Positions 47,758-58,665 of a DNA stretch of 64,000 nt are shown here, one piece after another. The notes under the pieces are model-generated. The model was not told the origin of the DNA, searched no databases, and was given only the letters and a program-made list of their open reading frames with translations. The DNA comes from Candidatus Poribacteria bacterium (lineage in GTDB: Bacteria > Poribacteria > WGA-4E > WGA-3G), in NCBI GenBank assembly GCA_965200205.1, contig CBDAUI010000002.1, positions 1,449,472 to 1,513,471 of the forward strand, in the 5' to 3' direction. Each line of letters begins with the position of its first letter. Within the stretch, counting starts at the first letter, position 1. The translations under genes and the position numbers were made by a program.

Positions 47758-48891
47758 CTAATTGCTTGTGTCTTCACCGAAATGGGACGCAACAATGACT
47801 AAATCTTGGATATTCACTGTACCATCCCCATTTAGATCACCTTTAAGGTCTTCGCCAGACTCACCGAACTCGTTTGCCACAAGCACCAAATCTTGAATGT
47901 TCACAGTACCATCGTCGTTAACATCCCACGGTGTCGGCGGCGGTGGCGGCATCTCTATAGTCGTCGTCGTTGTGACTTTAGCCGTCATCGCGCTATCCGT
48001 GCCAGAAGTCGCAGTTACAGTGATAGCGTAATCATCCGGCGTTGTAAGTAGATCCCCAGCGACCATCAAGGTCACTTCTTCGGAGGCACCCGCTTCAAGT
48101 TCAACTGAACGTTCACTGAAGCTGCCAAGCACGGCACCTCCAATGCCGACCTCTGCTGACGCTTCAAGGGCGACCGTGTCCGTCATATTACCGGTATTCG
48201 TGACTTTGAGTGTGTAACTCACGCCTTCAACGGCATCCACTGTAGAAAGTGCTGCTTCTCCGACAATTTCCAACGACACGCCTGCAACTACCGGTTCTGC
48301 GGGTGTCGATTCCGATTCTGTAGTATAGATATAGTCGCCGGTAGTAAAAAAGTCATTATTCGCGGCATTTCCTGCAGCGTAGAAGGTAATAGAACCGATG
48401 TCCGCATCCGGTGCCGTCCACTGAAATTCCCAACTGTGCGCATCGTTTGTGCCCTGACCGGTTCCACTTGCAGTCTGCTTAATATATGGCTTTGCTTCTG
48501 ATAGTTTGGTATTCCCTGCTTCGTCAGCCGCAAAGGATCCAGCATGCGCGCCATCGGCATCCAACGCAGTCATCTCAAATCCCCAACGACTCTGTCCAGC
48601 ACGTTCCAGATTGACAACAATCGTATACACTTCGTTCGGTTCGTAGGTTTCAGGGATTGTCAACATGAGTGAACCCCCTGTGGCATTGAGGTCATTACCA
48701 CCGTGGCATTGTGTGCAGTTGTTCTCTGTGGGAGCTCCAGTAAGTTCGTCCGGCGGACCACCAGAGAAAGCGAACACGCTGCCAGTGCTTACAGCGAAAA
48801 GTAACAGAAACACCGCACAAACGGGCAAGGTATTTTTCAAGTAATTCAAATATCTTCTCCTGTGTATATTATATATTAAAAAACGCCCCAA
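47758..48891 (-). CDS. secreted protein with single CxxCH motif and C-terminal tandem dockerin-type repeats
   Basis: signal peptide; NCTQCHGG; DVNDDGTVNIQDLVLVANEFGE and DLNGDGTVNIQDLVIVASHFGE dockerin repeats; true start probably a downstream TTG (~48840). Confidence 0.65.
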   Translation of the reverse strand: MGRFLIYNIHRRRYLNYLKNTLPVCAVFLLLFAVSTGSVFAFSGGPPDELTGAPTENNCTQCHGGNDLNATGGSLMLTIPETYEPNEVYTIVVNLERAGQSRWGFEMTALDADGAHAGSFAADEAGNTKLSEAKPYIKQTASGTGQGTNDAHSWEFQWTAPDADIGSITFYAAGNAANNDFFTTGDYIYTTESESTPAEPVVAGVSLEIVGEAALSTVDAVEGVSYTLKVTNTGNMTDTVALEASAEVGIGGAVLGSFSERSVELEAGASEEVTLMVAGDLLTTPDDYAITVTATSGTDSAMTAKVTTTTTIEMPPPPPTPWDVNDDGTVNIQDLVLVANEFGESGEDLKGDLNGDGTVNIQDLVIVASHFGEDTSN

Positions 48892-49010
48892 CGCCGACTG
48901 CTAATCGGCGTTGATTCGCGGTTAGCTGAACCGGCAGGTCGGGGCGTTTAATTTTTGAATAGCACTTTTCGGCTTGTCAGTCTCGCCAAAAAGTGTTTTC
49001 GCTGCACAGC

Positions 49011-51662
49011 TTACTTCAGGATAACCATCCGTCGCGTTGCAGCAAAGTCAGCCGTCTGGAGTGTGTAGAAGTAGATACCACTTGCTACGCGCTCACCAAC
49101 AGCGTTCTTACCATCCCAATACGCCGCAGTCGCAGGGGTCATGTAGGAACCCACGGGCTGCAAGCCTAAGTCTAACGTCCGAACCAATTGACCCGCAATG
49201 TTGTGGATGCTGATCGTAACTTCAGTCGGTTGACTCAGCTGATACGGAATCCACGTTTCCGGGTTGAACGGATTCGGATAGTTTTGCGCGAGGATTGTGT
49301 CCTTCGGCTGCACATCGCCAACATTCAGTTGCAGGCTCAAGAAAGCGTTGCGGATGTCAGCAGTTGTGACGGTGCGTTGGAAGGGACCGGAGACGACAGT
49401 ACCGCGTTCGTCGTAGAGTGCGATTTCGAGTTTATCGCCAGCTTCGACGACGCTTTTACGATTCAGGTCTGCCCAAACAGCGGAGGAACGTTTCGCGTTG
49501 CTGGTAATATTCTCAGTAGCGATGGTACCGGTACGGAGGTTTTCAGCGACGAGTGTGTATCCCGTGCCTGCCTGCATACCGTGAATATCGCTGGTAACCA
49601 CGAATGCCCACGCACTCTTGAAGGTAGAAAGTGCTGGGGCAGCGGCGACTTCTTCTTCAGCATCAGCATCGGCATCAGCATCGGCGTCGGCATCGGCGTC
49701 GGCATCAGCATCGGCATCGGCATCAGCATCGGCATCAGCATCGGCATCGGCGTCGGCATCAGCATCGGCATCGGCATCAGCATCAGCGTCGGCATCAGCA
49801 TCAGCATCAGCATCGGCGTCGGCATCAGCATCAGCATCGGCGTCGGCATCAGCATCGGCATCAGCATCGGCATCAGCATCAGCATCAGCATCAGCGTCGG
49901 CATCAGCATCAGCATCAGCGTCGGCATCAGCATCAACGATCGGTTCCGTTGGCTCATCTGGCATCGGTTCCGGTTCAGGTTGGTTATCCCACGCGCTACC
50001 GGTGAACTTCACCATACCGCCAGCAGGTGTGTTGACGATATAACCCATACCACCGTCAATACCGAAACCATAACCTTCGTCAGCGATCGTGTAACCGACG
50101 AAACTTTGGGTTGCAGCATCAAGTTGGATAACAACGGTTGCGCCGAGCATCGCTGCCAACGATTTTGCTGTATAAGGTTCTTCAGGCATCAACGGAATGG
50201 AGATCATGTTCAAGCCGGGGGCGAGTGTGACATCAAAGCCAGGACCTTCGGGGATCATCGGTTCTTCAGGCATCGGTTCTTCAGGCATCGGTTCCGCAGG
50301 TGCCTCGACCGGTGTAATCATGAGCATCGCTACCGGTTCTTCCCAAGCAAAGGCATCACTGACATCAGCACCACCTTGGATACCTTCGTGTGCCGCAATC
50401 ACGCCACCTTCAGTAGGAACGCGAGCATTGCTACCTGCAGGATCGACTTCGGGGTCTAAACCGAGCGGACCCGGAATATCGGAAGCCATCTCCGTGTTAT
50501 CTTCACTACCCGCATCATAAGCCATCAAGTCGATGGTTGCAGTAACAGGCATGCCATCTTCATCAAAGAGTGGCACGTCAATAGCGGCGATGAACGCATC
50601 ATTGGTTGAGACCAACATTGTGCCGACAGACAGCGAAGAGTTCGTCATGTCAGCAGTTACGGTAACAGTCGTAGATTGACCCGGCATGGTATATCTGTTC
50701 GTCCCATCCTCATTCATAGCGATTGCGACGTTCGCGCCAGCAGCCTCTGCAAGTGCGGCGAGTCCTGAGACATCTCCGCCCTCAGCCATTGCGACAATCG
50801 CTGGACTTGCGGGTTGACCGACTTCAGCAAGTTTAACACCGGCGGGGTGTGCTGCAAAGATCGCAGGTGAGAAAGTTTGCCCACTCACACCGTGTTCGCC
50901 CTCAGTGAGGTTCGTGAGTGTAATCTCGAACATCTGGCTGACCGGCATTTCAACAGCATCAGCGTCGGCATCAGCATCGGCATCGGCATCGGCGTCGGCA
51001 TCAGCATCAGCATCGGCATCAGCGTCGGCATCAGCATCAGCGTCGGCATCAGCGTCAGCATCAGCGTCAGCATCGGCATCAGCATCGGCATCAGCGTCAG
51101 CATCGGCATCGGCATCAGCGTCAGCGTCAGCATCGGCATCAGCATCGGCATCGGCATCAGCGACAGTCACCATGCCATCTACAGTTGTGACTTCTAATGC
51201 TTCGGAAGCGGCATTAGAGATGACAACATCAGTCAGGCTGATAGTGGACGCTTTTGCCTCAACAACTTCAAACGTTACCGTGGCAAGCGTGCCATCACCA
51301 TCAGACGACGGGACACCAATGTTAGTCCCTCCGACTGTAACACTACTACCATCATCAGCAGGTTTTATCAGTGGAAAGAATGTTCCTGCAGCAGGGTCTC
51401 CCTGAAGGTAATCCCCCTTAGCAGCACTAACATAACTGAGCGCAGTCGAATCAAAGTTAACGGTCACTTGACCGCCAGCGACACCTTCGCCACCCGTTAT
51501 ATTAATATTCACCACGAGTTCTTCCCCAGCTGCTGGGGATTCGACTTCAGCAGGGTCCACAGAGACAACGGCTTGACCGTAACTCATGGCTGTAAACCCT
51601 AAACACATTACAACAGCTAATAAGGAAAATAGGACTTTCCTGTTAAAAAGCTGGTCTTTCAT
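49011..51662 (-). CDS. large secreted protein with two long Asp-Ala dipeptide-repeat tracts and a C-terminal T9SS-type (Por_Secre_tail-like) sorting domain
   Basis: AAGGAG RBS + MKDQLF signal peptide; (DA)n x ~45 and x ~60; C-terminus [17 protein letters not shown]...[23 protein letters not shown]. Confidence 0.7.
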   Translation of the reverse strand: MKDQLFNRKVLFSLLAVVMCLGFTAMSYGQAVVSVDPAEVESPAAGEELVVNINITGGEGVAGGQVTVNFDSTALSYVSAAKGDYLQGDPAAGTFFPLIKPADDGSSVTVGGTNIGVPSSDGDGTLATVTFEVVEAKASTISLTDVVISNAASEALEVTTVDGMVTVADADADADADADADADADADADADADADADADADADADADADADADADADADADADADADADADADADAVEMPVSQMFEITLTNLTEGEHGVSGQTFSPAIFAAHPAGVKLAEVGQPASPAIVAMAEGGDVSGLAALAEAAGANVAIAMNEDGTNRYTMPGQSTTVTVTADMTNSSLSVGTMLVSTNDAFIAAIDVPLFDEDGMPVTATIDLMAYDAGSEDNTEMASDIPGPLGLDPEVDPAGSNARVPTEGGVIAAHEGIQGGADVSDAFAWEEPVAMLMITPVEAPAEPMPEEPMPEEPMIPEGPGFDVTLAPGLNMISIPLMPEEPYTAKSLAAMLGATVVIQLDAATQSFVGYTIADEGYGFGIDGGMGYIVNTPAGGMVKFTGSAWDNQPEPEPMPDEPTEPIVDADADADADADADADADADADADADADADADADADADADADADADADADADADADADADADADADADADADADADADADADADADADADADAEEEVAAAPALSTFKSAWAFVVTSDIHGMQAGTGYTLVAENLRTGTIATENITSNAKRSSAVWADLNRKSVVEAGDKLEIALYDERGTVVSGPFQRTVTTADIRNAFLSLQLNVGDVQPKDTILAQNYPNPFNPETWIPYQLSQPTEVTISIHNIAGQLVRTLDLGLQPVGSYMTPATAAYWDGKNAVGERVASGIYFYTLQTADFAATRRMVILK
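49640..49940. repeat. coding low-complexity repeat: (GAT/GAC-GCN)n encoding Asp-Ala tract 2
   Basis: 6-nt periodic catcagcatcggcatc on + strand. Confidence 0.8.
50950..51168. repeat. coding low-complexity repeat encoding Asp-Ala tract 1
   Basis: same 6-nt periodicity. Confidence 0.8.
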
Positions 51663-51961
51663 AAGACACTCCTTATAATTCATTAAATATTGTGACGTTT
51701 TCTCTACCTTAGTGGTAAGAGATTAGCCCCGTTAGCGAATATTAGGTCATCCTCAAGAATGGTATTTGTCTAATGTGCAGAGAGGACTCGCTAAAACGAG
51801 GTCTCTTTCAAAAGGTAAGTCTATCCTAATGTTAAAACGTTGTCAAACCAAATTCTGTTTCAGTTTAAATTGGACAATCCTTGGCAATTAGATGAACATA
51901 CCTTTGCGGTTATTTTTTAAGTATAGCACAAACCTAAAAAGAAAACAAATTAAAATAAAAA

Positions 51962-52618
51962 CTACTGACCCATGCGTGGCGCGAGCGCATTCCAGACATC
52001 GCCTAATTCAGCAGTCGCCTTGTAAACCGGATAGAGTGCTTCCCACATCGCCTTGCGCGCTGCGACAGCGGCATCCGTGTCTCCTTCGGTAATCGCAGTC
52101 TTCAGTTGATTGCCCATCTCTTGCTGGACAGCTGCACACGCTCGCGCCAGTTCTTCAAGCAGTTGCGCCGCATGTACCTGCCGCGCAACGAGTTCCGCAA
52201 CCGACACCTGCGTATCTGGCTCAACATCATAAGCACGAGCAGGCATAAAATTGTGAGACAGTCGTTCACCATCTTCTGAACGCGGTGTATGCGTCGGATG
52301 GATATGTGGTGTAACAGACAAATACATTGTCATCGGTTCATCACCAAGGACACGCACCGAGTGCGGTTGATCCGCCAAAGCAATACACATCTGCCCTGGT
52401 CCTAACGCTTCAGTTTCACCATCAATCTCAAATTCGACACGTCCTTCAAGAATAAGGAAAATCTCGTGTCCTAAGTCGTGGCTATGACGTTGGGCGCTCT
52501 GTCCAGGCTCCATCCTTAGAAACCGAGAGCGAATTTGTGGTGTCACCAGCACATTGCGAATATCTGTGCGGTAATCGTAAACAGGGAATCCCATCAGGTG
52601 CCTCCAAACACTTTTCAA
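51962..52618 (-). CDS. cupin-domain protein
   Basis: PGQSAQRHSHDLGHEIFLILEGRVEFEIDG cupin_2 motif pattern. Confidence 0.65.
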   Translation of the reverse strand: MKSVWRHLMGFPVYDYRTDIRNVLVTPQIRSRFLRMEPGQSAQRHSHDLGHEIFLILEGRVEFEIDGETEALGPGQMCIALADQPHSVRVLGDEPMTMYLSVTPHIHPTHTPRSEDGERLSHNFMPARAYDVEPDTQVSVAELVARQVHAAQLLEELARACAAVQQEMGNQLKTAITEGDTDAAVAARKAMWEALYPVYKATAELGDVWNALAPRMGQ

Positions 52619-52756
52619 ATGAATATAGCATTTTCGCAGAAAAATGTCAAATTAAAGCGGCTCGCCCCTTTTTTTGTTGACACCGGCTCTAAATATACAT
52701 AGAATATTCTTAAAAGACCGATACACGATTTTTGAATTTGGAAGGATATTTTAACT

Positions 52757-54040
52757 ATGGATTTGACACGTCAACCGCCTCGTCGTCCAACAAACCTCTC
52801 GGTCGCCGGGATTGTCGGGGCAGCACGAATGACAGACAAGGCACGCGCCTATAATAACGAAACCCTCGGCGAGTATGTCTACGGTGAAAACTCCGGGCTG
52901 GACCAGCGCGTCTTAGTGTTCTTAGGAATCTCAGCCGACGCTTATGCCGAGGCAGCTCGAGAACACGACGATACCACGCTCGGAAACTGGGTACTTAAAA
53001 CGAGTGAAAAGAGCGCAGCAGAAATCGCTGAATTTAATGATACCGAGCTGAGCCATCTGCCCGACACCGAAGACCACAAACAACGCTTGAAAGATCGGCT
53101 GGCTCGCTACGCCCCCGATAGAACTGACATCACAACCGTGTTACAATCGATGGAGCTCGACGATTGGGGCAGTTTCTGGCAGGCTGATCTCACTGTCGGT
53201 CCACCGCGCAGCGCACGCGCGAAAGATGTCGCCGGTATCTGCGGTGTCGCACGCATGGCAGATAAAGCACGCGCCGCACGCGCAGGGAAAATCGGGGATT
53301 ACATATATGGCGATGATTCCGGACAAGATGTCCGTATTCTGACCTTCCTCGGTATTTCGGCAGCCGATTTTCAAGAGGCAGCCGTGAACAATCCGAATGA
53401 TCTCGAAATCGGCGCATGGGTGCGTGAAAACTGTGATAAATCGGAGGACGACATTGAGACTTTCAACGAAACGTTGATAAACTACGCGCCCAATGAAGCG
53501 ACACAGGAGCGGTTCAACGCACGCCGACAAGAAATCGATCCCAACCGCACCGACATCACGACGTGGGTCGCACTCCAAGACTTTGATGATCAATTGAGTT
53601 TCGGCATCATAGACCTCAACCGCCGCGCACCGCGGAGTCCATACAACACCGATGTCTACGGGATGGTTCAACTCGCACGCCTGATTGACAAGGGACGCGC
53701 GTCTAACACCAACACACTCGGTGCCTATTTTTATGGTGAAGATTCAGGGATTGATCGAGCGACGCTTACATTCCTCGGTGTCTCTGCTACGGAATTCGCT
53801 GAGAAACTTAAAACGCTATCAACCGATGCAGAGGTGGAAGCGTGGTTGAAGGCTGACCATCCGAAAAGCGATGCCGATATTGCAACATATAACGAGCAGA
53901 TGACACAGATGGGACCCACAAATGAACGCTATAAAGCGTTAATGGCAAACATGATTAATAAGATTGCTCCAGAACGTACGGACATCAATACATGGTTTGC
54001 GTTAATGCTCCTCGACGATGAGAAAACCTTTGCATCATAG
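52757..54040 (+). CDS. protein composed of three tandem ~140-aa repeats of an uncharacterised domain
   Basis: repeats starting NLSVAGIVGAARMTDKARA.., KDVAGICGVARMADKARAA.., NTDVYGMVQLARLIDKGRAS.. each with YGE/DDSG.D...L.FLG.SA and ..RTDITTW motifs. Confidence 0.55.
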   Translation: MDLTRQPPRRPTNLSVAGIVGAARMTDKARAYNNETLGEYVYGENSGLDQRVLVFLGISADAYAEAAREHDDTTLGNWVLKTSEKSAAEIAEFNDTELSHLPDTEDHKQRLKDRLARYAPDRTDITTVLQSMELDDWGSFWQADLTVGPPRSARAKDVAGICGVARMADKARAARAGKIGDYIYGDDSGQDVRILTFLGISAADFQEAAVNNPNDLEIGAWVRENCDKSEDDIETFNETLINYAPNEATQERFNARRQEIDPNRTDITTWVALQDFDDQLSFGIIDLNRRAPRSPYNTDVYGMVQLARLIDKGRASNTNTLGAYFYGEDSGIDRATLTFLGVSATEFAEKLKTLSTDAEVEAWLKADHPKSDADIATYNEQMTQMGPTNERYKALMANMINKIAPERTDINTWFALMLLDDEKTFAS

Positions 54041-55385
54041 GTTGATTCGATTGAAACGCGTAGGTTGGGTTGAGCGCAGCGAAACCCAACGTTTGAACTT
54101 GGAAAGACGAGGTGACACTGTGAAAAATCTTGAAGCGATTGCGGATGTTCAGTCCGGGAAAAGCTCGGTCGCCAACGCCGCATGGTGGGGTTTCAACCCA
54201 GAGGATGCAACAGAGACCCTACAAGCAGCGATTGATTCCGGTGCGAAGCGGTTGGTCGTTCCGAATATGCGCACCGATTGGATCGTTCAACCCATTAGAC
54301 TTGCCGGGAATCAGGAGTTGATTTTTGAACCCGGAACGGTTGTCTCGGCAAAACGCGGGGCCTACCAAGGCAGAGGCGACTCTCTGTTCACGGCGCAAGA
54401 TGTAGAGAACCTCACGATCCGTGGATACGGCGCGACTCTCCGTATGTGGAAACAGGACTATATCACCGGACTTGTGCTAGAACAGATGGGCTGGAACCGA
54501 TGGTACGGACCGTACGAGAAGGCAGAATGGCGGATGACGCTTGCGATTCGAGGCTCTAAAAACGTAACTGTCGCAGGCTTAACGCTCGAAGATAGCGGCG
54601 GAGACGGTATCTACGTCAATGGCAGCAAAGAACGCTCGTACTCCGAAAACGTCCACCTACGCGACATCGTCTGCAATAACCACTACCGCCAAGGCATTAG
54701 TATCATCAGTACCGAAAACCTGAAAGTGGATAACTGCTCGTTTTCCAATACGTGGGGGACACCGCCTTGTTCCGGTGTAGACATTGAACCCGACAAAAGC
54801 GAACAACGCGTAAAGAATGTGGTCTTCTCAGGTTGTAAGTTTACGGATAACGCTGGCGACGGCATCGAAATCTTTCTTGCACACACCACCAACGAATCCG
54901 ACGACGTGACGATGCGCTTTGAAAATTGCTACATCAGCAGTCAACACGGAACAGGAATCCGTGTATCAAAGGTTAGAGACGATGGCCCCGGTGGTAGCAT
55001 CGAATTCGATAATTGCACCGTCGAAAGCACCATCGGTTTCGGCATCAAGGTGCAGGAAAAATCGGCAAAAGGTGCGCGGGTGACCTTCACGAATTGCAGC
55101 GTCATCAACACCGCCAGTGATCGGCAGTTCGGTGGCGAGTGGTCGCCGATTTCGTTATCGCTGCCGCAAACGAATATCGTCCAAACCATGGGCGGCATCG
55201 ACTTCATCGACTGCTTTGTTGAGGACAACCATGACCGTCCGGCAGTCGAGTTCACACAACGAGAAAGCGATCTTCCACTTCACGATGTCACCGGAACCGT
55301 CACAGTTTTGAATCCTCACAGTGTCCGTGCGGAACTCGGCAAACAGCGTGAGACACTTCCATTGATTGTCAAGGCATACAAATAG
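54018..55385 (+). CDS. right-handed parallel beta-helix (pectate-lyase-fold) protein
   Basis: periodic hydrophobic/Asn-Gly-rich turns (GGDGIYVNGS, NNHYRQGISII, DNAGDGIEIF); true start uncertain (overlaps upstream gene by 23 nt). Confidence 0.55.
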   Translation: MRKPLHHRLIRLKRVGWVERSETQRLNLERRGDTVKNLEAIADVQSGKSSVANAAWWGFNPEDATETLQAAIDSGAKRLVVPNMRTDWIVQPIRLAGNQELIFEPGTVVSAKRGAYQGRGDSLFTAQDVENLTIRGYGATLRMWKQDYITGLVLEQMGWNRWYGPYEKAEWRMTLAIRGSKNVTVAGLTLEDSGGDGIYVNGSKERSYSENVHLRDIVCNNHYRQGISIISTENLKVDNCSFSNTWGTPPCSGVDIEPDKSEQRVKNVVFSGCKFTDNAGDGIEIFLAHTTNESDDVTMRFENCYISSQHGTGIRVSKVRDDGPGGSIEFDNCTVESTIGFGIKVQEKSAKGARVTFTNCSVINTASDRQFGGEWSPISLSLPQTNIVQTMGGIDFIDCFVEDNHDRPAVEFTQRESDLPLHDVTGTVTVLNPHSVRAELGKQRETLPLIVKAYK

Positions 55386-55396
55386 GACGCAGAAAT

Positions 55397-56227
55397 ATGG
55401 CAAATGAACAGACGCTTCCTGCAGAACCGCTGCCACCGGACACGCTGAACACTATTTTGGAGGATTTCTACCGAAACGGTGTGACGATCGTCCGGAATGT
55501 GCTCTCACGCGAGACGTGTGAACAGATAGTCGCACGTGTTGATGAAATTTTCGCTGAACCCTACTTCATGCAGATGCGGAATGTCAAAGGCTCCAGACAA
55601 GATGGCAAAGATCCGATCGTCGTACACCGCCTTTTTGAATGCGACCTTATGTTTCGGGATCTGCTCGTGCGTGAACCGATTATCAGCATCGCCGAAACTG
55701 TGCTTGGTGAGCACTGCCACTGTATCGCCCAAGGATGTATCTTGAACCGAAAAGACCTCGGTATCAATCGATTTCACATTGACGATGGTGTGGAATTCCC
55801 AATCACACCAGAGATGGATCGGCACGATCCGAGGCTGCGGATGCCGGTCCTGCGTATGTCCGTGCAAATCGCGTTGAGCGATCAAGACGAAGTCAAATAT
55901 GGTCCCTCTCAATTCGTTCCGGGTAGCCACTACTCTGGCAGACAACCTAATGATCCAGAGCATCCAACATTTGAGGGTAAAGAACCTGTTTCGCTGCTCA
56001 TGAAAGCCGGTGACCTCTATCTACTCAACGGTCAGACGTGGCACCGGGGAGCACCAAATCAGACGGATCAAGTGCGTTACCTGTTCCACCAAGTCTACGG
56101 ACAACGTTTTGTCGCGCAACGGTTTTGGCCCTATCTAAACTACCGTATGCCCGATTACGTTTTGGAGGGTGCCGACGAACGCCTGCTCCGTGTTCTCGGT
56201 AAACATCCTGAAATGGCGTATGGATAG
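55397..56227 (+). CDS. phytanoyl-CoA dioxygenase (PhyH) family oxygenase, paralog of 21305..22114
   Basis: FHIDDG iron-binding motif, shared C-terminal ..Y.MP....L.....R.L....HGAYG/EMAYG tail with the other paralog. Confidence 0.75.
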   Translation: MANEQTLPAEPLPPDTLNTILEDFYRNGVTIVRNVLSRETCEQIVARVDEIFAEPYFMQMRNVKGSRQDGKDPIVVHRLFECDLMFRDLLVREPIISIAETVLGEHCHCIAQGCILNRKDLGINRFHIDDGVEFPITPEMDRHDPRLRMPVLRMSVQIALSDQDEVKYGPSQFVPGSHYSGRQPNDPEHPTFEGKEPVSLLMKAGDLYLLNGQTWHRGAPNQTDQVRYLFHQVYGQRFVAQRFWPYLNYRMPDYVLEGADERLLRVLGKHPEMAYG

Positions 56228-56393
56228 CATGGCACAAGGCCCGGTAGGTTCGGTTGCAACCGAACCGGATTTTACACAGAAACTTTGAAGATTTCAAAAC
56301 CCTCTTGAGTCGCATAGCGTCTATTTGCTTGGGTGTTTCTGCGGATTTCTTCAGCATCTACAGAAACCTATAACAAAGCAGAATTAACATAAT

Positions 56394-57116
56394 ATGAATT
56401 GTAGTCAAAAAACCAAGAATGTATGCGTATGTTGGGGATACGAAAAAGAAAACGGACCGGAGGTTTGGGGACAACTCAATCCAGAATACCGGATCTGTGA
56501 TACAGGCATACACCAATCACCGATCGACCTTGTGAACCCTACGCCTGTGGAACTTTCGGCTATTATTTTTCACTACCAGTCGGTACCCGTAAATATCCGC
56601 AATACAGGGAACACCATCGAAGTCGCGTACCCGAATAAAGGTAATTGGATTGAGATTGACGGAATAAAATACCACCTTCTGCAATTCCATTTCCACGCAC
56701 CCAGCGAGCACACGATGGCAGGGGAACTGTGCGATATGGAGATGCACCTCGTTCATGAAAGCGAAGATGGCACGTTGGCTGTCATCGGTGTACTCATTAA
56801 AAGCGGAAGCACTAACATAGCGTTTGACACCTTTTGGCACCTTATGCCGTCCGTTGCGGACGAATCCCAACAGGTTAGCGGTATCATCTTAAACGCTTTT
56901 GATCTGTTGCCAGACACAAAACAGACTTATCGCTATGACGGTTCGTTGACAACGCCACCCTGTTCAGAAGGGGTCAAGTGGCTCGTAATGACAACGCCGA
57001 TTGAGATGTCTCAATCGCAAATCGCAGCGTTTAGAGCGATCTTTGACGGCAACAACCGTCCGGTGCAACCTTTAAATGGACGAGAACTGCTCCTAATTTC
57101 CACCGCGGACGAATAA
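56394..57116 (+). CDS. alpha-class carbonic anhydrase
   Basis: QSPIDL, LLQFHFHAPSEHT (zinc His triad), MEMHLVH, GSLTTPPCSEGVKWLVM motifs. Confidence 0.9.
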   Translation: MNCSQKTKNVCVCWGYEKENGPEVWGQLNPEYRICDTGIHQSPIDLVNPTPVELSAIIFHYQSVPVNIRNTGNTIEVAYPNKGNWIEIDGIKYHLLQFHFHAPSEHTMAGELCDMEMHLVHESEDGTLAVIGVLIKSGSTNIAFDTFWHLMPSVADESQQVSGIILNAFDLLPDTKQTYRYDGSLTTPPCSEGVKWLVMTTPIEMSQSQIAAFRAIFDGNNRPVQPLNGRELLLISTADE

Positions 57117-57127
57117 TGGAAACATAA

Positions 57128-57769
57128 ATGATCGCTACAATATTTGATATAGATGGCACACTGGTTGAAAGTTTCGGTTTTGATGATGCCTGTTACATCT
57201 CCGCAATCAGAGAAGTCCTGGGTGAAGTTTACATCCATAATGATTGGAGCAACTACAAAAACGTCACCGACACAGGTAGCTTGCAACAAATCATGGAGGA
57301 GAATAAGATCCAGGAAAAAGAACAAATTAAGGAGGTTCGCACGAAATTCGGCGAATTGATTCGGCAGTACCTTCAAAACGGTGGAAAATGCCGTCCAAAA
57401 GAAGGAGCTATTCATCTGATTAATAAACTTACCACTGCAGATGGCTATGAAGTTGGATTCGCGACAGGCGGTTGGAGACATACTGCCGAAATGAAACTTC
57501 AACATGCAGGATTTGACTTGAGGAATATAGTCTTAACTTCCAGTGACGATGGTGATGAGCGCGTAACGATTATGAGGAAATGTTCGCTCATGTTAGGAAG
57601 TCGCTTTGACCGGATCGTATACATTGGCGATGCTGAATGGGATAGGCAAGCAACCCAAGAACTCGGATGGCACTTTATAGGGGTCGGCGCGCGACTAAAG
57701 GGAAAATGTGAATTTTGGGTTGAAGACTTTTCGAGTTACAATACATTCATGAAAATGCTATATGCTTAG
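57128..57769 (+). CDS. HAD-superfamily hydrolase
   Basis: IFDIDGTLVES motif I; conserved Thr/Ser, Lys, and GDAEWD motif IV. Confidence 0.75.
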   Translation: MIATIFDIDGTLVESFGFDDACYISAIREVLGEVYIHNDWSNYKNVTDTGSLQQIMEENKIQEKEQIKEVRTKFGELIRQYLQNGGKCRPKEGAIHLINKLTTADGYEVGFATGGWRHTAEMKLQHAGFDLRNIVLTSSDDGDERVTIMRKCSLMLGSRFDRIVYIGDAEWDRQATQELGWHFIGVGARLKGKCEFWVEDFSSYNTFMKMLYA

Positions 57770-57836
57770 AACGGGAATTGTGTTGTTTGTTGGAGCGGCT
57801 TTGAGAAAAAAAAGAAAACTTTGATTAGAATCTGAA

Positions 57837-58403
57837 ATGAAAGTCTCTGTTAAAATTCCAACGGAACTTAGCGATGGAACAATCACCATTCGCACTCACA
57901 AACCCAGTGACGTTCATCCATATTTTGAGGCTGTGCGAGAGTCGGTTGCAGAAGTATCACGTCACTTACCGTGGTGTCATCAAGATTATTCAATTGCAGA
58001 AGCACGGGAATGGATTGAAAAGATGATTCCGAGATTCTGGGAACAACGAAGTGAATACCACTTTGTCATTACCGATGCGATAACTGGTAGCGTTTTAGGC
58101 GGGTGTGGTTTAGATGGGATCAACTGGGTTAACCGAACGGCGAACCTTGGGTATTGGGTGAGAACGTCTCGAACAAGACAAGGCATTGCAACGGATGCGT
58201 CAAGGCTTCTTGCTCGCTTTGGATTTGAGCAGCTTCGACTCAAACGTATTGATGTGGTGACTTCAATTGAGAATGTTGCCAGTGCCCGAGTCATTGAGAA
58301 ACTCAACCCATCTGAGAAAAGAGGAATAAACGATAATTCTCCTCTCAAGGATGGTACATCGAATACTATAATGCTCTCACTATTCCCACAAGACATACTG
58401 TGA
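57837..58403 (+). CDS. GNAT family N-acetyltransferase (RimJ/RimL-like)
   Basis: size and N-terminal ITIRTHKPSD..; acetyl-CoA binding R..G.A motif (RTRQGIAT). Confidence 0.7.
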   Translation: MKVSVKIPTELSDGTITIRTHKPSDVHPYFEAVRESVAEVSRHLPWCHQDYSIAEAREWIEKMIPRFWEQRSEYHFVITDAITGSVLGGCGLDGINWVNRTANLGYWVRTSRTRQGIATDASRLLARFGFEQLRLKRIDVVTSIENVASARVIEKLNPSEKRGINDNSPLKDGTSNTIMLSLFPQDIL

Positions 58404-58665
58404 ATTTCAGGTTCTTCTGAACTTGTCCTCCCTCCCTAATTCGTGAAGATTTTACTTCTATTAGGGTTAAATATACACATTCAGGATTGGTTTTTGCTGT
58501 CAACTTTTTCTATAATCTCATAACACGGGAGCGTGATTATGGCCGTGATTACGCAACGACAACCTATACTGAACAAGAGGCGGTTAAAGAAGCTACAAAG
58601 CTTGAGCCAGACTTCCACTATGGACCAAAGTTATTCCGATGCTACACTAAAAAGGAGGGAACATA

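Noticed and set aside
49600-51200. Highly periodic DNA (gcatcagcatcggcatc...) that superficially resembles a repeat array/CRISPR, and four long ORFs in other frames/strands (49188..50459 +, 49463..49957 -, 49618..50043 +, 50905..51405 +)
   Set aside because: Periodicity is 6 nt and encodes an Asp-Ala tract within the 49011..51662 minus-strand gene. There are no spacers or CRISPR-length repeats, and the alternative-frame ORFs are low-complexity artefacts (poly-SA, poly-HQ, poly-MLP).
54018-54120. Annotated ATG start of the beta-helix protein overlapping the upstream gene
   Set aside because: Start position uncertain; a downstream GTG/TTG start near 54120 is equally plausible. Kept ORF-track coordinates but flagged.
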